A stretch of 32,000 bases of DNA from Candidatus Baldrarchaeota archaeon (lineage in GTDB: Archaea; Asgardarchaeota; Baldrarchaeia; Baldrarchaeales; DXJG01). Location: assembly GCA_019056805.1 (NCBI GenBank), contig DXJG01000004.1, positions 60,001-92,000 of the forward strand, in the 5' to 3' direction. Shown here piece after piece: positions 1-8,513 of this stretch (its first letter is position 1; each line of letters starts with the position of its first letter). The notes below the pieces were generated by a model that had not been told where the DNA came from, ran no database searches, and worked only from the letters and a program-made list of their open reading frames with translations. The position numbers and the translations under genes were made by a program.

Positions 1-111
1 ATCCCCCTAAAATTAGAAAAAATATCGAAAGAGTACTATGGAGAATCCCCTGTATCAGAATACGTAAAACTACTTATATTTTTCCTTTTTTTAAAGATTC
101 TGCCAAAATAG
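1..111 (+). CDS. 3' end of an upstream gene (partial, hypothetical)
   Basis: Frame +1 is open from base 1 (IPLKLEKISKEYYGESPVSEYVKLLIFFLFLKILPK) to TAG at 109-111, 5 nt before the next ATG; no motif recognised. Confidence 0.4.
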   Translation: MPLKLEKISKEYYGESPVSEYVKLLIFFLFLKILPK

Positions 112-116
112 GAAAT

Positions 117-476
117 ATGGTCTCAGTTAGTGAAATGAAACGGTTGATAGAGTCGGTTGGGGGCTATTGCTTTAAAATTTCTAAGCTTGTACCTATCAAG
201 GACTGGATGCATCAAGAAATTTTCCATTTATTTAAAACAAATATTGAGGAGAAAGTTAACAAGTTAAATTTACTTTTAGATAATCTGACAAAAAAACTAA
301 AAAGAGGGGAGATTGATAGGAAAGTAGCTCTTAAAAACCTCTATGAAATAAAGTTTCGTTTTCAGGGACTATTTTCATGCGCAATATTTCTGAAAAAATG
401 GTTAAAAATAGATGAAACAACCAACCTACAAAAAATTAAGAATAAGATAAGTAAAGTAAAGCAGATATTACAATGA
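117..476 (+). CDS. Hypothetical protein, 119 aa, basic and probably helical
   Basis: ATG-start ORF closely following the upstream stop; no family motif recognised. Confidence 0.55.
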   Translation: MVSVSEMKRLIESVGGYCFKISKLVPIKDWMHQEIFHLFKTNIEEKVNKLNLLLDNLTKKLKRGEIDRKVALKNLYEIKFRFQGLFSCAIFLKKWLKIDETTNLQKIKNKISKVKQILQ

Positions 477-744
477 ATTTTAATTTAGAGACAGTTTATT
501 CAATATGGAATAAATGGTCGTGGAAGTTTAATATCTCAACTATCAAATGCAGCATGTTCTTACACCCTAGTTAGATAAATTTAGTGACAGATACAAATTC
601 TCCTTTTAAAAGTCTAAAAGAAATTATTTCAATAGTTTTCCTTCTAATTCAAAAACTACTGGAGCAATTTTACGCTTTTTTACAAGTTTTAATAAAGGTG
701 TCAATGATAACAAATTTACCATATTTCCGAATTGTCATTCGAGT

Positions 745-761
745 TAAATAAAGTATAAATA
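745..761 (+). promoter_or_regulatory. Putative BRE/TATA promoter of the micro-ORF at 794
   Basis: TATAAATA at 754-761 preceded by purine-rich TAAATAAAG; GGTGA ribosome-binding motif at 784-788. Confidence 0.55.
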
Positions 762-793
762 TATGTGTCATGCTTTTTCTTGTGGTGATGAAA

Positions 794-853
794 ATGGCAA
801 AGAGAAAGGGGAGGAGGAAAAGAAGGAAGAAGAAAAAGGAACCCGGTGAATAA
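794..853 (+). CDS. Micro-ORF encoding a 19-aa very basic peptide, MAKRKGRRKRRKKKKEPGE (below the ORF-track cutoff)
   Basis: Translated by hand; GGTGA 5 nt upstream of ATG 794, TATA box at 754-761, TAA at 851-853, T-rich tract downstream; in-frame alternative ATG at 788. Confidence 0.6.
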   Translation: MAKRKGRRKRRKKKKEPGE

Positions 854-985
854 AAGTCCTAAAAAATGAAAACACAACTTTTGTCGTATTTTTAGTTTAG
901 GTTTTATGAAAAACTATATAAAACGACATTTTAAATTTCTCTGCTATACTGGTAGAAATTTGAGTATCAAAAGATATTATTGATC

Positions 986-1030
986 TTTATATGCTGTATA
1001 TTGTTTTAACAATTCCTATTGGCTAGGTGA
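986..1030 (+). promoter_or_regulatory. Putative TATA box and ribosome-binding site of the hydrolase-GCS2-ATP-grasp operon
   Basis: TTTATATG at 986-993; AGGTGA at 1025-1030, 6 nt before ATG 1037. Confidence 0.45.
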
Positions 1031-1036
1031 AATATT

Positions 1037-1951
1037 ATGGAAGATAACACAGTTTTGTTCTTTGAAGTTTTAAAGCTTTACACCGAACTTGTTGAACTTG
1101 AAAAAAGATTATCCACGGAGAAAAATATGCAACATGAATTAATACAAAATATCATGAGAAGAATTAAACGACTTAATAAGCTAAATAAAGATAATTGGAT
1201 TTTCTTCATCAAAAGTTTACCTTTGGAATTTTTCCTTTCCAGTTCTACAGATTTTACATCAAAAGATAATTTTATGAGATTTGTGAGAATATTTCGTAAA
1301 CATCTAGAGAAAAATATTGCTTACTCTCGATATTCATCAAAACTACATTTAAAAGATGCTATTTTTAAAGAAAACAAACTTCAACTACTTTTCCCCATGG
1401 AAGAGTTCAATCCAGGCTATTTATACAAAGAAGGATGGAAACCTGTTTTAATTACAGTTCCTCACGCAACTCCACCGTTCTCAGATAAAAATGTGGATAA
1501 AATAGCTTTACAAACAGCCAAATTATCTGGAGCACATGTCCTTATTTCAACAATTTCAAGAATATATGTGGACCCCAATAGACCTGAAGCTAGAATTACA
1601 CCGTTTAGAAGGATAATAGAGCGTCTAACATTACGAGAAGGAAAAATAAAAGTTATTTTGGATTTGCATGGCACTTTAAGAAGCGATGAAGAAATTGATG
1701 TTGAGATAGGGGTCTTTAGAAAACTTACTGCCGATGAGGAAATTATAGAGAAGTTGCTTACTCATTTTCAAAAAAGAGGGTTGAAATGTGAACTTGAAGT
1801 GAACAATTTTATTGGTGGCGATATTATTTTGCATCATTCCTTAGTTCCAGATATTCAGGCAATTCAAATTGAATTATATCCTAAAGCAAGAAATATACTA
1901 CGTAGAAATGTGATCGAAGCACTAACTGAATTTATAAAAGATTTTAAATAG
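1037..1951 (+). CDS. N-formylglutamate amidohydrolase / poly-gamma-glutamate hydrolase-like Zn hydrolase with an unknown ~135-aa N-terminal domain
   Basis: C-terminal half carries VLITVPHA, SRIYVDPNR, ILDLHG and IQIE motifs typical of the FGase-like Zn-carboxypeptidase fold. Confidence 0.7.
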   Translation: MEDNTVLFFEVLKLYTELVELEKRLSTEKNMQHELIQNIMRRIKRLNKLNKDNWIFFIKSLPLEFFLSSSTDFTSKDNFMRFVRIFRKHLEKNIAYSRYSSKLHLKDAIFKENKLQLLFPMEEFNPGYLYKEGWKPVLITVPHATPPFSDKNVDKIALQTAKLSGAHVLISTISRIYVDPNRPEARITPFRRIIERLTLREGKIKVILDLHGTLRSDEEIDVEIGVFRKLTADEEIIEKLLTHFQKRGLKCELEVNNFIGGDIILHHSLVPDIQAIQIELYPKARNILRRNVIEALTEFIKDFK

Positions 1952-1958
1952 GTGAAAG

Positions 1959-3428
1959 GTGAGAAATTTGTCAAGAGCGGAAGATTTTGTTTCTAAATAT
2001 GAAATAAAAATCGGGATTGAGGAAGAAGTTTTCATTGTTAACAAAAAAGGCTTTCTTTCACCTTTCTCTGAAGAACTTGTTTCAACCCTGATAAAAATGA
2101 TTGGAGAGGAGAATCAATTACTTGAGAACGCAAGAAGATGGCTTCTTGGACTCCAATGGGAACCTAATCCAAGTCAAATAGAATATGTTACTAGAGCAGT
2201 AAAGTATTGGAAAGTTAAAGATGCCATAAAATTTGGAAGAAAACTTCTTGGACAAGCAGCTAAGAAAATATCTCATAGAATATTTTTAGGTAGTATGCAT
2301 CCTATACAAAGCGATCCTCTCCCAATTAATGGTACACATATTAACATTTCTTTTAAGCCTGTAAATAAAAAGAAAATCTCTAAAGAACTTCTTACATATG
2401 TTTTCAACCACGTTAGAAATCATATACCTGAAATAATTGCTATGACGGCTAATACTCCGCTTATGGGAGGGAAACCTAGTGGTTATGCTAGTTCTAGGTT
2501 GGCGTTTAGCAGAGTTTTGAAACCTTCTAACTTTGCAGTTGTTAAAAGAAAACCTGTGACGGTTATTCCAAGGGAAATGCGTAGCTTTACAAGATACGGA
2601 GTCCTATTTGAGAAGCTTAAAAAATATAAAGCTAGAATAATCACTAATCCTCTCGGAGTAAGATTATTAGATATTACTCCAAGAGGACCTGACACGAACA
2701 TTGTAGAAGATATGAGAACAAGTGTAAGTACGAGTAGAATAGAAATTAGGGTTATTGATAATCAAATAACAGAGGAATATCTTTCAGATATAGTAAAAAT
2801 ACTTTTGGCTCTTTCAGTTGAAGCTATCTTCAAATTTGAGAAAGAAGAAAAGGTAACTGAGAGGAAAAAACTTTTAAGAAACAGAGATAGGGCAATTAAA
2901 AACGGTACTGCTGCTATTTTTATTAATGATGATGGAACCACTATTAATGCAAGGGAATCCATTATTAAACTAATGGAAAGAATATCACCGTTTCTTGACG
3001 CCTTGAATCTCAAGCTTGAAACTAAGCTTGAGTTAGGCATACCTGAAATTGAGGTTTTCGGAAGTCCTGATATCATTGACGAATATGAAGCCCTTTCAGA
3101 ACTAGAAAATAAGGGAAAAATATGTGTTGATGTAAGACTGGAAGGTAAAAGGCTTTGTAAGACTCTTTTTGGAGAAGCAGTTGAAATTGGAGAAATGAAG
3201 AAAGTCTCTGGACTTCTTTTCCCAGAATACCAATGTACATGGACCTACACAGGGAATGGTCTTATAAGAAACTTTAATAAAATAATTGTTAAGCATTGGC
3301 TGGCTACGAAGAATGGATATATTCCGATCTTCAAGAATGATAAAATCGAAAGGTGTAGAAATCCACTAACTCATCTATCAAGCATCTTTAATACTATTGG
3401 AAAACGAGTAATCTATCAATTTGCATAA
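1959..3428 (+). CDS. Glutamate-cysteine ligase family 2 (GCS2/YbdK-like) carboxylate-amine ligase with a C-terminal extension
   Basis: IGIEEE, QIE, MHP, GTHINI, ANTP, SSR and IEIRVID motifs in GCS2 order; GTG start with AGGTGA site, 7 nt after the upstream stop. Confidence 0.85.
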   Translation: MRNLSRAEDFVSKYEIKIGIEEEVFIVNKKGFLSPFSEELVSTLIKMIGEENQLLENARRWLLGLQWEPNPSQIEYVTRAVKYWKVKDAIKFGRKLLGQAAKKISHRIFLGSMHPIQSDPLPINGTHINISFKPVNKKKISKELLTYVFNHVRNHIPEIIAMTANTPLMGGKPSGYASSRLAFSRVLKPSNFAVVKRKPVTVIPREMRSFTRYGVLFEKLKKYKARIITNPLGVRLLDITPRGPDTNIVEDMRTSVSTSRIEIRVIDNQITEEYLSDIVKILLALSVEAIFKFEKEEKVTERKKLLRNRDRAIKNGTAAIFINDDGTTINARESIIKLMERISPFLDALNLKLETKLELGIPEIEVFGSPDIIDEYEALSELENKGKICVDVRLEGKRLCKTLFGEAVEIGEMKKVSGLLFPEYQCTWTYTGNGLIRNFNKIIVKHWLATKNGYIPIFKNDKIERCRNPLTHLSSIFNTIGKRVIYQFA

Positions 3429-3471
3429 AATGTAATCGGGTTAAATTCGCAACTCATAAAGGTGTATAGTC

Positions 3472-4692
3472 TTGAAAACACTAGAAATAAATTTTGACGA
3501 TGTTGAATGGGACAAAGTAGCCATGTACCCATATGCAGGTTTAGATTTCCTCTTAGGTAAGGATGAAAAACTATATTTTATTGAGGCAAACGCCATACCA
3601 ACAGGCATATTTTTTATCGAAACCATCTCAAAATATGTAGAAACCTTTTTGCCACTGAAAATGAAACCATTCATAAAATGTAACAAGGAAATCATCAAAA
3701 ACTTTGTTAAAATGTGTCTCAAATACTGCTATTATAAAAGTGGGAACAAACGGCCTTCAAATGCAGGAATAACTATTCCTGTAGACTGGCCAGGTTTTAC
3801 CTCAACAGAAAGAACACGAATAAAAGCAGCTTTTGAAGAAATAGGAATAAAATGCTACCTTATAAGAAAAAATGATTCCCAAAAAATAGGTTCAACATTG
3901 CATGTGAACATAGAGGGTCAAGATATAGTTCCAGACCTTATTGTAAGAAGAACTTTCAAATTTCCTAAAGATATAGAACAACCTGTCATAAACCCTGTTG
4001 AAACAGGAAAAATCACAGGAAATAAATGGAAGACATATCTTGCAGTTGAGAAGATTTTAAGCAAAAAGAAGGAACTTAAAAACATTTTTACACAACCTTG
4101 GACGAGAATGACGTATAAACCTGAAGAAATTTTAGAATTTTCCTATGATCTCCTTGATGCGGGTAAAGAAGTCGTCATTAAACCTTTAAATAGATTTGGA
4201 GGAAAAGAAATACTCTTTGTTAGGAGTAAAAGAGAGGCGGAAAATAAAATAGAATGTTATCTAAAGAAAAATGGGGATACGGACCCCGAGAGTAACGAGT
4301 CTTTTATAGTTCAAGAGAAGATCGATGTTATGCCTTTTCATGGCAGTGATAAAAAATTTTATGCTTTCGACCTACGAGTATTTGGTTTTCTTGGCAAACT
4401 AGCAGGAGGACAGATAAGGAGAGCTCCTTATCCACTTGATGCTAAAAGAGTTCCACTTGAGAAAAAATTAATTAGTAATATTTCATCTGGAGGAGTATTT
4501 GTTTTCCTTCTGTTTGGAGGAGAAAAGAACTTCACAACTTATTCTATTAAAGAAAAAATCTTTACTTTTCAAACCAGAGAACTAAAACTTGATGGTCACG
4601 TAGCCATAATTGGAGGTGAACTATTAGAAAAACTTAAGATAGCGACCCGAGAAATCATATCAGCAATAAATAAAGCAGCCTTAGCTTCCTAA
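3472..4692 (+). CDS. Circularly permuted RimK-like ATP-grasp ligase
   Basis: DLIVRR, INP..GNKWKT, VVIKP..FGGKEI, FIVQE, DLRVF, R..SNISSGG in canonical order, but the normally C-terminal YAGLD...FIEAN..P segment lies at residues 21-43; TTG start with upstream AGGTG. Confidence 0.85.
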   Translation: MKTLEINFDDVEWDKVAMYPYAGLDFLLGKDEKLYFIEANAIPTGIFFIETISKYVETFLPLKMKPFIKCNKEIIKNFVKMCLKYCYYKSGNKRPSNAGITIPVDWPGFTSTERTRIKAAFEEIGIKCYLIRKNDSQKIGSTLHVNIEGQDIVPDLIVRRTFKFPKDIEQPVINPVETGKITGNKWKTYLAVEKILSKKKELKNIFTQPWTRMTYKPEEILEFSYDLLDAGKEVVIKPLNRFGGKEILFVRSKREAENKIECYLKKNGDTDPESNESFIVQEKIDVMPFHGSDKKFYAFDLRVFGFLGKLAGGQIRRAPYPLDAKRVPLEKKLISNISSGGVFVFLLFGGEKNFTTYSIKEKIFTFQTRELKLDGHVAIIGGELLEKLKIATREIISAINKAALAS

Positions 4693-4716
4693 AATCAAAG
4701 AAAATAAAGTTTTATG

Positions 4717-6402
4717 TTAGATATTTGTGGTTTTTGTCTTTAAGAGGTCTCTTATTGTTATGATTTTTCGTTCTCCTGTTTTCTCATTTTCCAGAATTAT
4801 GGCTCTGTCTGTACATGAGTAGCATGGGTCTATACTTGTAACTATTGTTGGTATATCTGCGACCGTATATCCTTTAAGCATGAAAGGTAGACCTGCATTG
4901 TTTCTATAGCTTGGAGTTCTAATTCTTACAGTATTTGGAATGTGAGGATTCTCCTCTCCACTCTTCACATAGTAGAAAAGTTCTCCTCTTGGAGCTTCTA
5001 CTTTTCCAACAGCTTCCTTATTAGGTTCAGGTTCCTCAATTTCCACCTGTATAGGTCCACCAACTTTTCTTAAAGCTTCAACACACTGAAGACATATTTC
5101 ATAAGCTTGCAATAATTCATAAGTTCTAACCATAAATCTTGCATAGCAGTCTCCGCCGGGGTATGTAACAACATCCCAAGATACCCAGTCCATATCGTAA
5201 GCAGCAAAGGGATCATCTTTCCTAACATCTATCTTAAATTCCGAGCCTCGAGCAGTGGGTCCAACGAGTCCTATATCTCTTGCCTCTTTCCTTGTTACAA
5301 CTCCTACATTTTTCAAACGTTTCTTACAAACTGGATGATCAGCTATCGAGGTAGCTATTTCAAATCCTTCTGGGACGGTTTCTTTAAGTACTTTCTCTAT
5401 TTTGTCAAGCTTTTCATTGTCAACATCGAGTTTTACACCGCCAATGAGAATCATGCCGTGGGTAACTCTGTTCCCCGTAATCAATTCCAAAATATCCATT
5501 ATGTTTTCTCTTAATCTCCACATGTGATGGAATCCTGTTAGGAATCCCATTACATCAGCCCATAGACCTAAAATGAGGAAGTGACTATGTAACCTGTCAA
5601 GTTCTAAAAGTAAGGTTCTGATTAGACGCGCTCTATCTGGTATATCTACTTCTAAGAGATTTTCTATAGTTGTTGCGTAAGCTATTTGGTGGGAAGATGA
5701 GCAAATTCCACAAACCCTCTCAACAAGATATAGATTTCTCCAATAATTTCTTGATTCAGCTAGTTGCATAACTCCACGGTGATTTAGTCCTGGCTTAATA
5801 TCAACATCCAATATAACTTCATCTTTAACTTTACATCTGAAGAATATGTTTTCAACCAACATAGGGTGATACGGGCCTATTGGTATAATCACACCCACCG
5901 AGTCAGCTGGCTTCCTAGGAATAGAAGTTACAATCTCTACTTTGTCTTCTCCTGATTTTTTTACAGCTGATTCTACTTCCTCTGGCCATTCATAAGGTAG
6001 AAATAGATGTCTAGGATCTGGATGACCTACAAATTCTATACCGAGAAGTTCCGCCATCTCCCTCTCTGCCCAAGAAGCCTCATAAGTAACGGTTGATACA
6101 CTGTCAATTTTAGGGTCTTCACGATCCACTATAGCCTTGAAAGTTACATGATATTTCGGCTCTATATGCTCAAAAGAATAGTGATATGCTACTTCGAAAC
6201 CATCTGCCCCAAGATCGCTAACAGTTACATGAACAAGCCTTGCATCCCATTTATCTTTCATATATTTTGCAAGATCAACTACAATTTTCTTATCTATCAA
6301 TATAAAGTGTTTTTTACCTCTGATAACGTAATCTCCAATATATGATGGTCCCAAGAAGCTTTTTATATCCTCTATAACATCTTTAATAGTTACACTCTGC
6401 AT
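4717..6402 (-). CDS. Group 4 [NiFe]-hydrogenase large subunit, NuoC-NuoD fusion (HycE/HyfG-like)
   Basis: N-terminal NuoC-like EREMAELLGIEFVGHPDPR; L1 motif ERVCGICSSSH; L2 motif DPCYSCTDR followed by a C-terminal extension; EAPRGE and RIRTPS; TAATG overlap with hdrB. Confidence 0.92.
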   Translation of the reverse strand: MQSVTIKDVIEDIKSFLGPSYIGDYVIRGKKHFILIDKKIVVDLAKYMKDKWDARLVHVTVSDLGADGFEVAYHYSFEHIEPKYHVTFKAIVDREDPKIDSVSTVTYEASWAEREMAELLGIEFVGHPDPRHLFLPYEWPEEVESAVKKSGEDKVEIVTSIPRKPADSVGVIIPIGPYHPMLVENIFFRCKVKDEVILDVDIKPGLNHRGVMQLAESRNYWRNLYLVERVCGICSSSHQIAYATTIENLLEVDIPDRARLIRTLLLELDRLHSHFLILGLWADVMGFLTGFHHMWRLRENIMDILELITGNRVTHGMILIGGVKLDVDNEKLDKIEKVLKETVPEGFEIATSIADHPVCKKRLKNVGVVTRKEARDIGLVGPTARGSEFKIDVRKDDPFAAYDMDWVSWDVVTYPGGDCYARFMVRTYELLQAYEICLQCVEALRKVGGPIQVEIEEPEPNKEAVGKVEAPRGELFYYVKSGEENPHIPNTVRIRTPSYRNNAGLPFMLKGYTVADIPTIVTSIDPCYSCTDRAIILENEKTGERKIITIRDLLKTKTTNI

Positions 6403-7277
6403 TAGCCAGTCTCCTCCTCTATCTTCTCAACTACACCATCTGCAGGTATTCTATGCAAATATATGCCAAAATCATCAGGATCTATGTCCAAAGCTAAAGC
6501 CAAAAGTTCAAAATAGTTCAAGATCGGAATACTAAAGTTAATGCCTCTGCTTCGAAGATCTAATTGACCTTTTTCTAATCTATCATAACATGCAGGACAG
6601 AAAGTAACAATACAATCTACATTCACTGATTGAACACTTTCCAGCTTTTTCTTGGTTCTTTCCATAAGAGAAAATTCGGCATCAACGTATAATGCTGGGA
6701 CTCCACAACATAAACGAATCAATGGATAGTCAATGATTTGGGCACCCAATGCTTTAACTAATGCTGTAAACTTTTCAACAAGTTTCTTTTCATCATCATG
6801 ATATAGTCTGCATCCAGGTTGCAAAGCTACTCTTAAATTTTTAAGAGGTTTTACAACAGCTTTAGAAATCGTATCTAAACCTATTTCATCGTGCAAAACC
6901 TCTATGGCATGAAGAACTTTTACCGTACCCTTATATTCTTTACCAATTGCTTCTAAATCACGGTTGATTTCATTTTTAAGCTTCTCATCGGCTTTCAAAC
7001 TTTCATTAACCTTATTAAGAGTATCAAAACAACCATTGCAAACAGTCATGATATTTGCATTCAATTTTTCCGCTATTGAAATATTTCTAGCTGCGATGTG
7101 GAGCCACAAATTTTCATCAAATTGTCTACTGATTTCAGGATCCGAGCAACAAGTTGCTCCTTCCATATCAAGTAGTTCTATTCCTAATTTTTCGAACGCT
7201 TTTCTTGTTGCAGCTTCTACATGAAATTGGCTAGCAGGTATGGTGCAACCGAGGAAGAATGCAAACTTTTTCTCCAT
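6402..7277 (-). CDS. hdrB: Heterodisulfide reductase subunit B-like protein (two CCG domains)
   Basis: FFLGC, ATCCS, CNGC, QPGC, LCCG and FCPAC motifs; HdrB-like length and C-terminal PILNYFELLALAL. Confidence 0.85.
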   Translation of the reverse strand: MEKKFAFFLGCTIPASQFHVEAATRKAFEKLGIELLDMEGATCCSDPEISRQFDENLWLHIAARNISIAEKLNANIMTVCNGCFDTLNKVNESLKADEKLKNEINRDLEAIGKEYKGTVKVLHAIEVLHDEIGLDTISKAVVKPLKNLRVALQPGCRLYHDDEKKLVEKFTALVKALGAQIIDYPLIRLCCGVPALYVDAEFSLMERTKKKLESVQSVNVDCIVTFCPACYDRLEKGQLDLRSRGINFSIPILNYFELLALALDIDPDDFGIYLHRIPADGVVEKIEEETG

Positions 7278-7292
7278 GGCTTTTCACCCAGT

Positions 7293-7559
7293 TTAGATTA
7301 ATTTTTTCTTTTTCTCTAAACCAATTTTCTTAGTAAGTTCCTCAAGTTCTTTTACAGCTTCCTTATATTTCCAAGCCGTAGGCGGAACTGGTTCAAGTCC
7401 TATTTCCTCTCTCTCATCAGCTGTAAAATCTGAAAATTGCGGTAAATGAGCACTAGCTAAAAGTGCTTTAATTGCTCCAGCATAAGTTTCTGGGATTTTT
7501 CTTAAAGGTTTACGTAAAGGATAAAGATCTCTATTTTCCTCCAACGACCTCCACCCCAT
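7293..7559 (-). CDS. Stand-alone HdrC C-terminal-like polypeptide with no Cys and no [4Fe-4S] motifs
   Basis: AH.P....EREEIGLEPVPPTAWKYKEAVKELEEL..KIG resembles the methanogen HdrC C-terminus (GHAVP...RKELGL.ELPPTT.K.PEALEEV); lies directly upstream of hdrB; exact start uncertain. Confidence 0.65.
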   Translation of the reverse strand: MGWRSLEENRDLYPLRKPLRKIPETYAGAIKALLASAHLPQFSDFTADEREEIGLEPVPPTAWKYKEAVKELEELTKKIGLEKKKKLI

Positions 7560-8049
7560 ACAATTCTTTCAGTATTTTCCTAGCTTCTTCTCTTGTAACA
7601 AGCTGTAAAGCTCCAGTAGTACAGTACTTTACACATTTCGGATCAATTGTCCCAGTTTCCTTATCGTAGCAAAGGTCACATTTCCATGAAACCTTTGTTT
7701 CAAAATCGAACTGTGGATTTGACAATGGACATGCATAGTTGCAGGATCTACAACCAATACATTTAAGATTATCAATAAATACCCAACCAGTTTCCTTATC
7801 TTTTGTTATTGCATCTACTGGACATGCAGCAGCACAGACAGGTTCTTCGCAATGAGAGCATCTAATGGATTCAAAAACTCCTGGATTATCAGGATCTTCT
7901 ACAACCACGTTACGAGATTTATCATAACTTAGAACACCAAAATGGTGGAAAGAACAAACTATCATACAAACAGTGCATCCAGAACACTTATTCTTGTTAT
8001 GTATAATTACATATGGACCTTTTTCCTTAACAACCTTTAATACACTCAT
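7531..8049 (-). CDS. 4x[4Fe-4S] ferredoxin-like subunit (HycB/CooF/DmsB type)
   Basis: CSGCTVC...C, CSHCEEPVCAAACP, CIGCRSCNYACP, KCDLC...CVKYC; start moved to ATG 8049, which follows GGAGG. Confidence 0.88.
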   Translation of the reverse strand: MSVLKVVKEKGPYVIIHNKNKCSGCTVCMIVCSFHHFGVLSYDKSRNVVVEDPDNPGVFESIRCSHCEEPVCAAACPVDAITKDKETGWVFIDNLKCIGCRSCNYACPLSNPQFDFETKVSWKCDLCYDKETGTIDPKCVKYCTTGALQLVTREEARKILKELYGVEVVGGK

Positions 8050-8060
8050 CTTTTTTCCTC

Positions 8061-8504
8061 CTAATCTTTTGCTAAAGCTTTCTGTATACATTGAGCAATA
8101 CCTACAATTATTGCCTCAGGTTTAGGCGGACAGCCAGGAACATAAACATCCACAGGTATTGCTTTATCAACTGGGCCACCAAAAGTATAGGTAGGATTGT
8201 CATCATCTTTTAGAAAAACTCCTCCAGTCGTTGCACAAGCACCCACAGCGACAACGCCCTTTGGATCTGTCATTTGATTATATACTCTCTTAATAACAGG
8301 CACCATAGCTTTAGGAACTATACCCGTTACAACCATGATATCTGCATATCTCGGGTTATTTGTCAATACGATTCCAATTCTTTCTACATCGTATCTAGGA
8401 GTTAATGCCGCTGCAATTTCTATATCACAGCCATTACAGCCACCACAATGTGCATGAAATATCCATGGACTTCTAGTTCTTGCCCACTTCTTCCAACCCA
8501 ACAC
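8061..8504 (-). CDS. Group 4 hydrogenase small subunit (HycG/NuoB-like)
   Basis: CGGCNGCDIE, PRYADI, GACATTGG and VPGCPP motifs; GTG start after GGAGG. Confidence 0.92.
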   Translation of the reverse strand: MLGWKKWARTRSPWIFHAHCGGCNGCDIEIAAALTPRYDVERIGIVLTNNPRYADIMVVTGIVPKAMVPVIKRVYNQMTDPKGVVAVGACATTGGVFLKDDDNPTYTFGGPVDKAIPVDVYVPGCPPKPEAIIVGIAQCIQKALAKD

Positions 8505-8513
8505 AGATTCCTC

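Noticed and set aside
550-722. Possible frameshifted minus-strand mini-gene (MVNLLSLTPLLKLVKKRKIAPVVFELEG / KTIEIISFRLLKGEFVSVTKFI)
   Set aside because: Needs an assumed frameshift and has no recognisable homology
794-853. Calling the basic micro-ORF ribosomal protein eL41/eS32
   Set aside because: It lacks the conserved Trp-containing KW..KR pattern; similarity is compositional only
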